Shown piece by piece: positions 31,420-32,000 of a stretch of DNA of 32,000 bases; within the stretch, counting starts at the first letter, position 1; each line of letters starts with the position of its first letter. The translations under genes and the position numbers were made by a program. The stretch is from Thermosulfurimonas dismutans. GTDB lineage: Bacteria > Desulfobacterota > Thermodesulfobacteria > Thermodesulfobacteriales > Thermodesulfobacteriaceae. The stretch is taken from the NCBI RefSeq assembly GCF_001652585.1, contig NZ_LWLG01000004.1:1-32000 (forward strand). The letters run 5' to 3'. The notes under the pieces were generated by a model. The model ran no database searches. It was not told where the DNA came from and saw only the letters and a list, made by a program, of their open reading frames with translations.

Positions 31420-31496
31420 GCGCCCGTAGCTCAATCGGATAGAGCATTGGACTACGAATCCAAAGGTTGGAGGTTCGAGTCCTCCCGGGCGCGCCA
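31420..31496 (+). tRNA. tRNA-Arg, anticodon ACG, with the 3' CCA genomically encoded
   Basis: Hand-folded cloverleaf. Acceptor GCGCCCG/CGGGCGC. D arm GCTC-AATCGGATA-GAGC. Anticodon arm TTGGA-CTACGAA-TCCAA. Variable loop AGGTT. T arm GGAGG-TTCGAGT-CCTCC. Discriminator G followed by CCA. Confidence 0.93.
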
Positions 31497-31506
31497 TCTA
31501 ACTTTT

Positions 31507-31908
31507 ATGGCTGAGGAAAAGAGATACGGAGAGCGGGCTATTGAAGAGGCCGAGCTTGAGGCCTGGCCCAATCCCTATCCCGACCGAGACTATCGTATAG
31601 ACATCACCTTCCCGGAGTTCACCTGTCTGTGTCCCCGTTCGGGCTATCCGGACTTTGCTACCATTAAAATTTCTTATCTCCCGCACAAAAAGATCGTGGA
31701 ACTACGCTCTCTGAAACTCTGGCTTAACAAATTCCGTGGGCGCTATATCTCGCACGAAGCCGCTACCAACGAGATTTTTGACGCCCTCTGGAAACTCCTT
31801 GAGCCCAGGGAGCTTAAGGTGGTGGGGGACTTCAACCCCCGGGGAAATGTGCACACCGTGATCACCGTGGAACGGCGTCAGGGAAGTTCCGGCAGTCCCA
31901 CGGCGTAA
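31507..31908 (+). CDS. queF: NADPH-dependent 7-cyano-7-deazaguanine (preQ0) reductase, unimodular type
   Basis: I place the start at ATG 31507-31509 ([14 protein letters not shown]...). The tracked start at 31447 lies inside the tRNA. Catalytic Cys context [16 protein letters not shown] and QueF motif [13 protein letters not shown]. Confidence 0.88.
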   Translation: MAEEKRYGERAIEEAELEAWPNPYPDRDYRIDITFPEFTCLCPRSGYPDFATIKISYLPHKKIVELRSLKLWLNKFRGRYISHEAATNEIFDALWKLLEPRELKVVGDFNPRGNVHTVITVERRQGSSGSPTA

Positions 31909-32000
31909 GACAATCTGGCCCTGGCAATCTCGTATTCCGCGAGAGCCGCAATCTCGTGAGTTTGAGCCCGGGTAAGCAGGGTTTCGGCATCCATAACATC
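31878..32000 (-). CDS. 3' end (last 40 codons) of a TolC-family outer-membrane efflux protein gene. The 5' part lies outside the window.
   Basis: The minus frame reads [40 protein letters not shown], which fits the C-terminal coiled-coil pattern of the OEP/TolC family (d-v-l-d-a-e ... a ... Y-x-x-A-x-a-x-L-x-x-A-x-G). It is too short for the ORF track. It overlaps the queF 3' end by 31 nt. Confidence 0.4.
   Translation of the reverse strand, partial: DVMDAETLLTRAQTHEIAALAEYEIARARLSYAVGLPELP

Noticed and set aside
31447-31506. 20-codon N-terminal extension of queF
   Set aside because: It reads through the tRNA-Arg gene (31420-31496). QueF homology begins after the Met at 31507.
1-32000. CRISPR arrays, rRNA genes, integrases, toxin-antitoxin pairs and classical phage-defence genes
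   Set aside because: I saw no regularly spaced direct repeats. No ORF has recombinase, Cas, restriction or abortive-infection motifs. The PIN domain protein is the membrane-anchored PIN/TRAM (YacL-like) housekeeping type with no adjacent antitoxin.

Overview
This 32-kb window looks bacterial and thermophilic. It carries reverse gyrase, CarD, a sigma54/NtrC-type two-component pair and an MTHFR with the MTHFR_C domain. The lineage cannot be fixed from sequence alone. The window has two compositionally different parts.

Left part (1 to about 11.7 kb): the 3' remnant of an IS256-family transposase gene with an in-frame stop. It is followed by an AT-rich, tightly coupled seven-gene minus-strand operon (397-10809). 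Every product carries an N-terminal signal peptide and none looks cytoplasmic. In transcription order they are:
- an AsmA-like protein
- a TPR-SpoIID protein
- a 755-aa DUF799-like/FN3/beta-helix/TPR protein
- a FlgT-like protein
- a CsgG-like lipoprotein
- a TPR-SLH lipoprotein
- an LPP20-like protein

A divergent beta-barrel gene lies at 10952-11731. This all-envelope cluster is my best candidate for an undescribed system: an outer-membrane/periplasmic scaffold or secretion pore. All family names come from motif recognition by eye and need HMM or structure confirmation.

A 569-bp GC-rich gap with no ORF of 60 aa or more (11732-12300) separates the cluster from the GC-richer right part.

Right part:
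- a standalone YcaO-TPR gene with its own promoter
- a carD / PIN-TRAM / mutL / miaA operon
- a plus-strand run of an Fe-S/DUF3786-like gene, reverse gyrase and an unknown lipoprotein, with overlapping start and stop codons
- a seven-gene minus-strand run: speE, Isf-like flavoprotein, nitroreductase, DUF4390-like protein, NtrY-like kinase, sigma54 regulator, MTHFR
- tRNA-Arg(ACG) followed 10 nt later by queF
- the 3' end of a TolC-like gene

I recognised no CRISPR array, rRNA, integrase or classical defence genes.
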